Assembly (NCBI GenBank): GCA_951406725.2
Contig: OX597818.1
Span: 27,900,001-27,964,000 of the forward strand
Direction: 5' to 3'
Origin: Octopus vulgaris
Taxonomy: Eukaryota
Length of the DNA stretch: 64,000 bases
Shown: piece after piece, positions 26,571 to 38,404 of the stretch
Numbering within the stretch: the first letter of the stretch is position 1
How the letters are laid out: every line of letters starts with the position of its first letter
Position numbers and translations under genes: made by a program
Notes under the pieces: generated by a model
The model's database searches: none
The model's input: the letters and a program-made list of their open reading frames with translations, nothing else
What the model was told of the DNA's origin: nothing

Positions 26571-26602
<32 letters not shown>

Positions 26603-29600
26603 TGTGGTATCATTTGACAAACTTACCTTGCCATATATTTAACTATGATTCTTGCTCACAATCATTCTACTTAACCCATTCCTCCTTAAAATATCTTCTA
26701 ATGTGCTTCAGTAGATTTAGCTTTATATTCTTCTGCAGAATAAAAGAAAAATTTTTGTTACACATAATACTTATTTCATATTTTCAGCTGGAATGGAATA
26801 GAAACAAACAGACTCGTTTTATTATACTTAAAATATTCCATCATTTGGTGTATAATACTTGATTTATTTTGTAATAATTTATCTTTTAGATGATAATAGG
26901 AATCTTTACCCAAGTTCTGAAACACCAAATGCCATAAAGGATAAAAAATTCACATTGAAATGTAAAACAATAGGTACTGGTACTACAGTAATTTGGTATA
27001 CTGGAAATGGAACAGTTATTGCTAAATACATTGGATCATTGAACCAAAATATTGTTAAATATTTTGGTAAACGCCAAGAAACTAGTTGCCAACATTCAAG
27101 CTGTACATTGAGTATAACCAGCATTAGTTTAGCTGAAGACAACATGGACATTATTTGCAAAGGCGGTTTCCATACAAGCAAGTATAGTATTACAGTATTT
27201 GGTAAGTAATTATTTTTTGCACAGTTGTGTGATTTTATTCTATTATTCCTTTATTTATTTCAGTCATTAGACTGTGACCATACTAGGGCATTACTTGCAG
27301 GGTTTAGTCGAGTATGTGGACCCCAGTATTTTGAGTCTCTTATTTTTATTGGTCTCTTTTTACCAAACTGCTAAGTGACTGGAAAGTAAACATATCTACA
27401 ATGGTTGTAAAGTGGTAAGAAACAAACACTAAGTTGCACACACTTATACACATCAATAAATATACATAAATATACATCATCATCATCATCATCATCATCA
27501 TTGTCATCATCCCCACCATCATCACTTAATATCCATTTTCCATATTGGCATGGGTTAGATGGTTTGGGAAGAGATGGCACTCCAGAGGACTGAGCCAAGC
27601 TCTACTGTCTACTGGGTGCTTTTTATGTGACACCATCAGCAGTGATGTTGCCAAATAACTTGGCATTTGAGGAAATCTATTTCCTGTGTATTTGGGGATG
27701 GTCATGTTGCCCATTTAGCCAATGAAAACACACGTACTATATATTTGGTGTTCACTTGCTTCAGCTTTATTTTATAGTAATTGTATTTTGGCCAGAATTC
27801 TTTTGTCACATTTCTGTGACCTCATCAGTGGTCCTTTGCTTTCTTCTTTCTTTTTCATCTCTCCTTACTAATGACCTGCCATTTTGTATTCTTGTTGTAG
27901 GAGGTGGCTTTGTGCTAGGTGATGAGAGGCCAGATTATGAATAGAGGGACAGAAATAGGTGTCTTACTGTAGAGGAGATACATGGCTACCTCACATGGGA
28001 TAGAAGAGAGAGAAAAGATGGTGAAGAATATGTGTTGTGGGGTACCCTCAAGTTACAGGTAGGTAGTAGGAGGACTGGATAAGGTGAGTGGGTGGGTAAG
28101 TTCATGAGAGTGCAAAAGAAAAATGAATGCAAGTAGAGGGAGGGAATGTGAAGAAGATATGTTGTTGAGAAGGAATATATTCATCAGAAGTAGATTGTGT
28201 GCAAGGAAATTCATGAGATTTGATAGGAGAGTGGGAGATAAACGGGAAGGGAATGCAATGAGAGGTGAACTTGAGTGAAGGGAATGGGTGTTAGGAAGAT
28301 GAGTTATTGGGAAGATATTTGTCAGAGACAGATTCTGAGCAGGGGTGTAGGTATAAACATTTCTTTGGGGCCTCAATTTTACCTACATGAACAGATCTTA
28401 TCAAGCACAGCAAATCCTCTGTAAGGCTCAATGTCTTAAGGCCCCTTTGTACCAATTTGTTCCACAGGTTCCATCCACATATAGCAATTGGTACTTCTTT
28501 ATGCTGCTCTTCTCATAAATATGCACTAACATGACCATGCCAGTGCAGTCTCCTCTCTTACACACTACATTTTATTCCTTTTATACCCAATTTTTCTGTC
28601 AACACATTTCTACTTTGTTGTATATTCACACTGACATTGTACATCCACCAGAATATAGTAGCTTCATTTCTGTCTAGCCTTTACATGACCTCTGCATTCA
28701 TAGCCATGTGGTATAGCTATTCCTAAACAAGCATCATAAATCTGCCATTCACTCTGAGCAAGAGGCCCTTTCTAACCAACAAAGAAATAGCTCTCTAAAC
28801 TTTCTGTAGCCAGTTCTTATTCTAACTACTACACTTTAAGAGTACCCTTCTCCACTGCTAATTAGATCACTTAGGTTACAGAAACTACCTTCTACCACTA
28901 AGGTTGTTGTATTTGGGGATGACCCTGTTGCCAATTTAGCCAATGAAAACACATGCACTATATATTTGGTGTTCACTTGCTTCAGCTTTATTTTATAGTA
29001 ATTGTATTTTGGCCAGAGTTCTTTTGTCACATTTCTGTGACCTCATCAGTGGCCCTTTGCTTTCTTCTTTCTTTTTCATCTCTCCTTACTAACGACCGGT
29101 CATTTCGTAGTCCTGTTCTATGTGTCTTTATTTGGATATGCGTATATCCTTGTGTGAGTCTATGTTTAGTAAATGTGTGTGTAGGAATGTGTATGGTATC
29201 TGCATTATCAATATCCCCTGTTTAATCATGTTTGTTTAATTTACTTTCATTTACTTTATTCATTTCCTTTTATCTACTTGCATTTTCATTTCTTTCTTTT
29301 TTTGTATTAATTTAATTTATTTTATTCTGTTTATGTATATAATTATTAAATTCCATTTGTTTATCTGTGTATTGTATTAGTTTCATATTATTATCAGTTT
29401 ATTCTGTCAAAGGTTGTGATGTGTGAGAGTGTATGTTAGTGTTCCATTCTAGTTTTCTATTTAGGCTAAGTTTATATTTTATTATGTGTGTAGCTTCCGT
29501 AATTTGTCTAAATATTGCTTCTGTTCTATGTGTGGACAAGATTTTAACTTCTATGTTGTTGAGTGAGCCCCATTGTTCCTACTCAGTGTGCTGGTACAGA

Positions 29601-30509
29601 ACCGATGAGCTCTTCTTTTCCTTAAGTTCCCTTCAATGCTCATTTACCTGCTATCTTATGCTCTGTGCTGTCTCCCCTACGTATATTGTTGTCTTGTTTC
29701 TGCACCGTTCCTCTGTACAGCTTATACTATAGACTACATTCCAAGCTTTTCAGTTTGTTTATGGGCTCAATCTACATACAATGCAGTTCATATCAGTACG
29801 GGGGTTCTGCTAAAAGGATAGGTTCTACCGATTAGGGATCTGATAGGGTTACCTGGCCTTACTACAACCTTAATTCTTAACTTGAGCTTGTCTAGAGTCC
29901 TTCTAAAGAATTTGTAATCATTACTCTACATTTAGGGATAGGAATAAATGTAACAGTTACAGGGCTTAGTAAATTAATTTGGGATCTAAAAGATCGCAAT
30001 AAACAATTTAATTTAGATAGGTTGATTCTCTCAATTTCGATACCTTATGACAAAGGCAAGGAATTCTGTCTTCTCTGTAATTCTGAATTATTTTTTATTC
30101 TTTTTTCTAAAAATCCCCTTGCAATGACGGTTATAGAGCGTGCATACCGATGTAAACGTTGGCAGAAACACACCTTTAGTTCATATAAGTGATTTCTATC
30201 ATTATATATAATTTAAACATTAATTTTCTTCTTATACTTCACATTCACTAGATATATATTTTTCCTAGTCTATATGGTTTTATTTAATATATATATAGTC
30301 ATATACTTCTCATTTATTTAGTTTTCCTTTACTTTATCCCTCCTCTTTCTATAGGCTACCTCTGACGTTATATCCTATAACGTTTTTTTGAAACAATATT
30401 AATAGCATTCAGTTAATCACTATACATATCCATCATTTTCTTTGCCACAAGTATTTAAATCTTTCTCTCTATGGTCATATGCATCAGTTAATATTTCTCT
30501 AGACCTATT

Positions 30510-30556
<47 letters not shown>

Positions 30557-33425
30557 TTTGATACTTTGATAGGTTTCGGCCATTATTGGCCCAGGCCATG
30601 TCTAACTTAATAGCACCACCTGGTGAAGTCTTTCAAGTCAGAATTTGGGCACTATGGCCCACTCAAGTAGAGAGTTATTGTTTACAGAGACATATCTGGG
30701 TGTAGGGGGTTTATCCGGGATTTCTTGAAGGAATCTGTCCAAAGACTTCTTGAACCCTATATATATATATATTTATTTATTTATCATCGATGATGATAAA
30801 TTGTACTTAATAAATGAATATATGGTATACTGTAATGTTTGTTTAATGATAGAAACTAGTACGGTTAAAATTTATAGATAAAAGAGTGATAGATATATAG
30901 GCATGTTTTATATATTACACATTTATGTACACAAAATATGTATACCACTTATGCATTTTATAGCATATTTACATACACTTATAAATAAATATACAAACAT
31001 GTGCACATAGAAACCAATACATTTATATGCACAAAATATATACACCTACATATGCATGCATTTTATATTATACATATACATATATCTTTTATCTTTAATA
31101 TTTTACTGGTTTCAGCCAAATGCTAGGGCCATGCTGGAGCATCATATTTCAGCGTGTTTGGATTTTCTCTCTATAGTGTTTTCAATTAAGTAGCAAGCTG
31201 GATGGAGCTGTTATTCTTTGTGCCTCCTGTAAATCAGACAAAAGGGTTATTGTACACACCAAAACATTCCTAGTGGAGAATGTACTACACACAAAGACAC
31301 AGAAATGAACTGGGAGAAGGAAGATATGGGGTAAAAAGATTCCATAATTCGGAATTGGTCTAGAGAAAGGTTAACTGATGCATATGACCGTAGAGAAAAA
31401 GATTTAGATACTTGTGGCAAAGATGACAACTGAGAATTTCTACAAAATAACCACAGTATTCCTCATAAGACAACATAGGTGCAGGTGTGGCTGCTTGGTT
31501 AAGAATTTTGCTTCCCAAACATAGAATTTCAGATTCAGTTTCACTGCCCAGCAACCTGGGCAAATGTCTTCTAGATTTATATTAGTGATTCTATTTTCTA
31601 CTTGCTACATCTATTATTCATCTGTAATATCAATGTATATTTTGTAGCCTTGGCCCTTGTTGCTAATGTATGATAGACCTGTAATGTATGATAGACGTTG
31701 TGGGCAGTTTTCTTGTAGAAACTGAGTTGCAATATCAATAAAATGTTTAATTTCGATGTCTACATAGTTGTCAATATCATTTATTGCGCCAGATACATAG
31801 TCAGTCTCTCTAATAGCAGTGGTGAGCCTGAGGATATCATCTGCATATCTGAAGAGAAAGCACAGGAGTAGCAAACTCTATGTACATTACTTTCCAGTTG
31901 GTCCATATATATATATGATATTTTGTTAAGTTAGCTCAATCAGTACAATGCCTTCTGATTATTGATTTCAATGAAGATAATACTGCTGTATTTTTCATCT
32001 AACTAAAAAATTTATAAACAACATAAAATTGCTGTCACCTCAGTCCTGCAAAAATAGATGTAAGTTAATGGTTATTTTTTCAACATATATTTATGTAAGG
32101 AAGCATGTAACAGATATACATATATACAAAGACACATAGATACATACAGACTAAAATGCAAACATTCATTCATTTATTTATATAATTTTGGTCAATTCTT
32201 CTATTTCAGTTTTACCAAAATCAGTCACAATCAAGGCTATTTCAGACACAGTTCCTGTGGAAAATCAGAACAAAAGTTATGAATGCCTTATTAAAGATGC
32301 CAAACCTAGATTTTCAGTTTTCTGGCTGATTACAAGGGAAAATGGAGCACAAGAAAATGCTACAATGAATATTTCAAACAATTCAAGCAAATCAGGAAAG
32401 CTGATCATTTTATCATCAAAATTGACATTAACTCTTCATAAGAGGTTTAAGGAATTACAGTGTGTTGCATATTTACTGGATAAAAGTGGAATTGTTAGTT
32501 ATTCAAAGAAACTAGATATGCTCATAAAATGTAAGTTTTTACTTTTTGTTTCTGTAAAGCACAAACAGCAGTTTTGTTCAAAATTTTTATGTGAAATATA
32601 TGTACATTTTAAAAATCATATCTAACACAATAATGCAATTACTCAACTTAAACAGTTTTGGAAAGATTTGTTTTTTGTTATACTGTATCACTGGTTGCTT
32701 ATGACTTAATAGAGCTCAAAATATATGAGGTCATTTCTGTAATTTGCTTAAATTTACTAAAGCATTTGCTTCATTGAGTTCTAATTTCTAGTGTAAGATA
32801 CATAACCAAAATATAAATGTGTTCTTTACCAATGTATGTATATTTTGTCAACTCCAAGCCTGCTCCCTTCTCTTTACCTTCAGCTTGTAATAACTTTGCA
32901 TTGTTGTTCTTGAGAATATTAGACATGTTTTTGTACACCTGTAGCTCACTTTAGTGTTGATATTTCTGAACAACCTTTGGGATATATGACCATTTGGTAA
33001 ATTTTTCTCTGTTTAGGAAGGAAAATGTAAAAAAAGAAAACCACGATTTATTCTGCAATGTTATATAGTGGATTATACCATGTCATAAGGTCTTTTCACT
33101 GTGAGTTTTGCATCATTGTTAGATGGTGCTGGTATATATTTTATTCTTTCTTTAGATTGCTTGCTTCATAGATTCTTGCTGCAGTACTCTATAGCCCTGT
33201 TGAAGATAGCATTAGAGGGAAGATAATGAGCTTGATGGCATTTAGTAGTTGGTTACATTCTATATGGATGTACAATATGGTGTTATTTGTTTCTTCTAAC
33301 AGCTTTTCAGTTTCAAGCTCAGGTTAAACAGAAAAACCAGAATGTTTACCATTGTAAGGTGTTAAATGGAATGTTGTAATTATTAATATTTGTATATAAT
33401 GTATTTGTATATGAGCACATAAATA

Positions 33426-33483
<58 letters not shown>

Positions 33484-36165
33484 GACGGGAATAAAAAGGT
33501 TGTAAATACACTGAGGGTGTATAAGAAGATTTATTACATTTAAATTGATTCACATTTGTACAATTTTCCAAAGAAAAATATCTGAGAAGCATGGAGCTGT
33601 GTTGCAAACTTTATCATTTCTGGTGTTACCAGCTCTCTTGTGTTTCATAATTGGTTTAGCATCTGGACAATCTCCACTTGTTGGGTGTTCACTGCTGTTG
33701 CCCAAGTTCCTTTGGTACAGTTCTGAAATTGATTAATATTTTTGGTCAGGATTGGGAATTTATAAGATATCCTTTTCAGCATACAAACTAATATTCATTG
33801 CACAATATAATTTTTATAAACTAAAATAGACCAATATGTCTAAAATTTTCCTGTTAGTTCAACTATCTGTCACGTTTGCTTGGAAGCCCAAAATAGTGGA
33901 GGGTAGTCGGTAATATTTGAACATCGAAAACTTCTTCTACTCCAAATGACTCAAACTGGAAAATCAGCAATAAAAAACCTCTGCATTTGAATTTTTCAAT
34001 GGAAAAAGCTTTGTGCACAGTATGTAACAGTAATTGAGATGACTGAGCATCAATATTCATTCAGAATTTGTGTAAGGTGTACTTGAGCTTCCCTGTATGC
34101 ACAAATTTCAATCATTGTGTAAGATGGCTGTTGAGCGTGAATAGTTATTACAATGGTACGTACGAGGTCATCAGTTTTTGTGGTGGTTAAGGGTCACTGG
34201 CTTTTGTTCAAAGATCTAGGGTCTCCCTTGGTTGGATTTATTCCATCTCAATCACAGATTTTTCAATCAATTTTTTTTTAACTAAGCAGTTTGAAACTTA
34301 GGATACTGGTAGAATTTCTCATGTAGAACAAGGTTTACTCTGAATGTTTTGGACAAAATTTCATATTTTAGAAGATATTTTGAAACTACATATACGTCAA
34401 CAACAAAAAAACTTGCTGCGAACTCATTGCTCAATAGGTCTTTTAAACACTGGCATGCTTAATGTGTGTATAAAACACCAATGTCAGGTAAACAAATAAA
34501 TATATGTAAATATTTCTTCCTTCTTGGTGTTGATTCTTTGAACAGAATGATGACATTTAGTAGAGATGACCCGGAAGTTGTTCCTCTTCAATTACTATCA
34601 TAAACAGCAGTAGCTTTCTTGAACCGAATACACATAATTGATTGGTTGAAATTACCAAAATATGACAACTTTAGCATGAAATAACTTCTAAAATATGAAA
34701 TTTTGTCAAAAATGTTCAGAGTAAACCATGTTCTACGTGAGAAATTCTACCAGTATTCGAAGTTTCAAACTGTTTAGTTAAAAAAATTAATTAAAAATCT
34801 GTGACTGAGATGGAAAAGATCCCCTTGGTTTTAGTAAAGAATGCTGTAAGTACAAATACAAATCACATACACATCTCCATCTCTACACATATACACACTC
34901 CCTGGTTATACAAGTCACTCACAAACTAAACAAACACCAATCCCACAGTATTTATCTCATTTCATCTAGGTCATCCCATAGGATGCTCCAAGAGTATTTC
35001 CACACATTTTCCCTATTCATCTCGTCTTCCATAATGGTCCTTAGCTCCTGTACCCCTTCCATACCAGTATCCTCCTGTAAGTTGTAGATATAGGTCGTTT
35101 TCCTCCTTCCTCTCTTGGTTCTTCCTTCTATTGGTTTCCTGAGCACTAGCTTGTTAGCAATTTCATCAATGTGTCTGATGTAATGTCCAGCTAACCTCAT
35201 CCTTCTATGCTGTACCTTCAATATTACTTTTGATAGTCCCTGGTATAAGTTGGCGTTTGTTATATGACTCTTCCAGGAGAAATTGAGTACCATTCTAAGA
35301 ATCCTTGTATAACAACCGTCCAACTGGATCTTCACTGCTTTAGTGAGCATCCATGTTTTAGCCCCATATAGAAGAACAGACTCCACTGTTGCCAGAAACA
35401 AACTCACTTTCAATTTCCTTGCTAACTTTGAACTCCATACCTTTCTCAATTTATGGCATGTGTTCCAGGCAGGAGCTTTCCTTGCTACGATGTCTTTTTC
35501 AGTAATTTGTGCCCATGCACCAAGGTATTTGAAATTTTCAACTACCTTCAGTGACTTACCGTCTCTCCCTTTCACTGACCCAAGCATTTCATGGTTGAAT
35601 ACTTGCAGCTCTGTTTTGTTTGCATTACAGTACAATCCTACCTTCCCCGATTCCCACTCTAATCTGCTCAGCACCTCCAGTGCCTAATCTGTCCTCTTTG
35701 TGAGTAATGCCAGGTCATCAGTACAATCTAGGTTAATTACTGTTACTGCTTGATGCCATCTGCTTCTTTGCCTATGCAGTTTGAATCTCAGATCTTCTTT
35801 CTTGCCTTCATACAAATTAAATTAATAATGATGATATTGATGTTGACAATGATGATAAAGATTATTCTCTGTTGCTTCCATCAATCTTTAGCAAAAAACC
35901 ACAATGGCTAGCTCAAATCCTGAGGTAAGAGCTGCAAGCACAGAGTGAAAGTAAGAAACAGTTTTAAAAAGAACTGACGTGATGCTTATGAATGTCAGTG
36001 CTTATACATTGCTTTGGTATTCTTTCGTTTTGTGTAGCTGATTTGTAAACAAACTACTTTGGTAATTTCTTTGAGCACATGTTGTCTTGTCAGTTGCTTG
36101 TTTGTTCTGTTTGACATGTGTAGAGGAGGAAGCTAATGGGCTGTACGTTTGTGTGTGCTTGTTAT

Positions 36166-36214
<49 letters not shown>

Positions 36215-36628
36215 TGTTCTGTTTTTATGTATTTAGTTATGTGGAATGTAGATATAACAAAAACAATGTCGCATTTTAAACTTGGAGAAAAAAATAAGTG
36301 CTTCATGTGTGTATGTAAAATTTGTAAATTTCCAAGCAGAAAACGAGATCAGTTTCGAAAACGCTGTAACAGTTATGTGTTTTTCTTTTTTATACCAAAG
36401 AACCAAAATATTGTAACATGTATCAAAGGACCGAAGTCAAAGAACAGAAATACTGCAACATGCATGAAGAAAAGGAAGAAATGTAAATTAACACTTACCA
36501 TTGATGAAAGGAAATATGAAAGAAAGAAATATGAATGACATGAATTTCTATTAATTTTTAATGTTAAATTAAAGAAGATCTGTGGGACTATACAACACAT
36601 GCTCACGGAAATTGTGACTAATAAAAGG

Positions 36629-36680
<52 letters not shown>

Positions 36681-36699
36681 TTAATCATCATCATCATCA

Positions 36700-36749
<50 letters not shown>

Positions 36750-38332
36750 GTTGTTGTTGTTGTTGTTGTTAAAGCGGTGAGTTGATAGAATCACTACCAT
36801 GCTAGGCAAAGTGCTGAGCAACATTTCATCTATGTTTATGCTCTGAGTTCAAATTCCATCAATGCTGATTTTGCCTTCCATCCTTTTGGGATCAATAAAA
36901 TGAGTACTAGTTGAGCACCAGGGTTGATGTAATTGATTTACTCTCCCACGAAATTGCTGGCTTTCAGCCAAAATTTGATTATTATTACTATTATAATTAT
37001 TATTATTCATATACACACAACAGATTAAACTGTTGGAAAAGAAAAATTCCTAACATCAGGCTAAAACAAGTAACCTTAAATAACAAGAATCTTCCTAAGT
37101 ATCCTAGCTGTCCTTAATAATACTGTTTTCTGGAGTTGTACCAAACTGGGTTTTATGCCTTTTTGCCTCACATTACCTGTTCAAATCTTTAGGGATAGTT
37201 CCCAATGCACCTATAACTACTGTGATGCATTTTACCCACACTTTCCATAGTCTCTGTAATTCAATGGCTAGCTCCTGGTACTTTCTGTTCTTCTGGTTGT
37301 CAAAGTGCTCATAAAGGCTTTCTGAAAGCATTCCTATTAACAGCTTCCACACTAATGGTAAGCAAGTGATTGGTCTATAATTGCTGGCTGTATTACCCTT
37401 GATTTTGTCTTTCATAAGGAGTATTGTACTCCTAATAGTCATCCAATCTGGTATTATTCCTCCACTAAGACAATCTTGAAGTTGTTCCCTCCGCTTCTCA
37501 TGCAAACTACTAAATTCTTTTAACCTTTAGGCGCAGGAGTGGCTGTGTGGTAAGTAGCTTGCTTACGAACCACATGCTTCTAGGTTCAGTCCCACTGCGT
37601 GCACCTTGGGCAAGTGTCTTCTACTATAGCCTGTGGCCAAGCAAAGCCTTGTGAGTGAATTTGGTAGATGGAAACTGAAAGAAGCCTGTATATATATGTA
37701 TATGTATATATGTGTGTGTGTTTGTGTGTGTGTGTTTGTTCCCCTAACATCGCTTGACAACCAATGCTGGTGTGTTTACGTGCCCGTAACTTAGTGGTTC
37801 GGCAAAACAGACCAATGGAATAAGTACTAGGCTTACAAAGAATAAGTTCTGGGGTAGATTTGCTTGACTAAAGGTGGTGCTCCAACATGGCTGCAGTCAA
37901 ATGACTGAAACAAGTAAAAGAGTAAAAGAGTAAAAGAGTACCCTTGAGCTAAATCTGTTCGTGGGCCCTTCCAATTTGGCATTTTTCCAAACATTTTACT
38001 CATTAATGCACTTAGTTGGTCTTAGATCTGGCTGCTTCTCACCCACTATTTCTTCCCTCACTTTCTTTAACCATACTGCATCTCCATTATTATTGACTGG
38101 CTTATCCCAAATATTACTCCAGAGCTTTCTAGCTTCTTCTACATTAGGTTTCTCATCTTCAATACTTTCTTTTTTGATGTTTATATGGTTATAATATCTC
38201 TTCTGGTCTGTCTCAAATAATCTGTTCTGTTGATACTGATCTATTCATTTCTGATATCTGGAAAGCTTGCCTGCTACTGCTATGATATAGTTTCAACTCT
38301 TGTATAACTGTCCCAAATCCTTTCTCATTGAC

Positions 38333-38404
<72 letters not shown>

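Noticed and set aside
30566-30610. Minus-strand GGCC..GGCC-GAAAC motif (similar GAAACGTC near 41485)
   Set aside because: CUGANGA half of the core is missing
37527-37610. tRNA-like A/B boxes (also 48041, 36770)
   Set aside because: SINE heads; no complete cloverleaf
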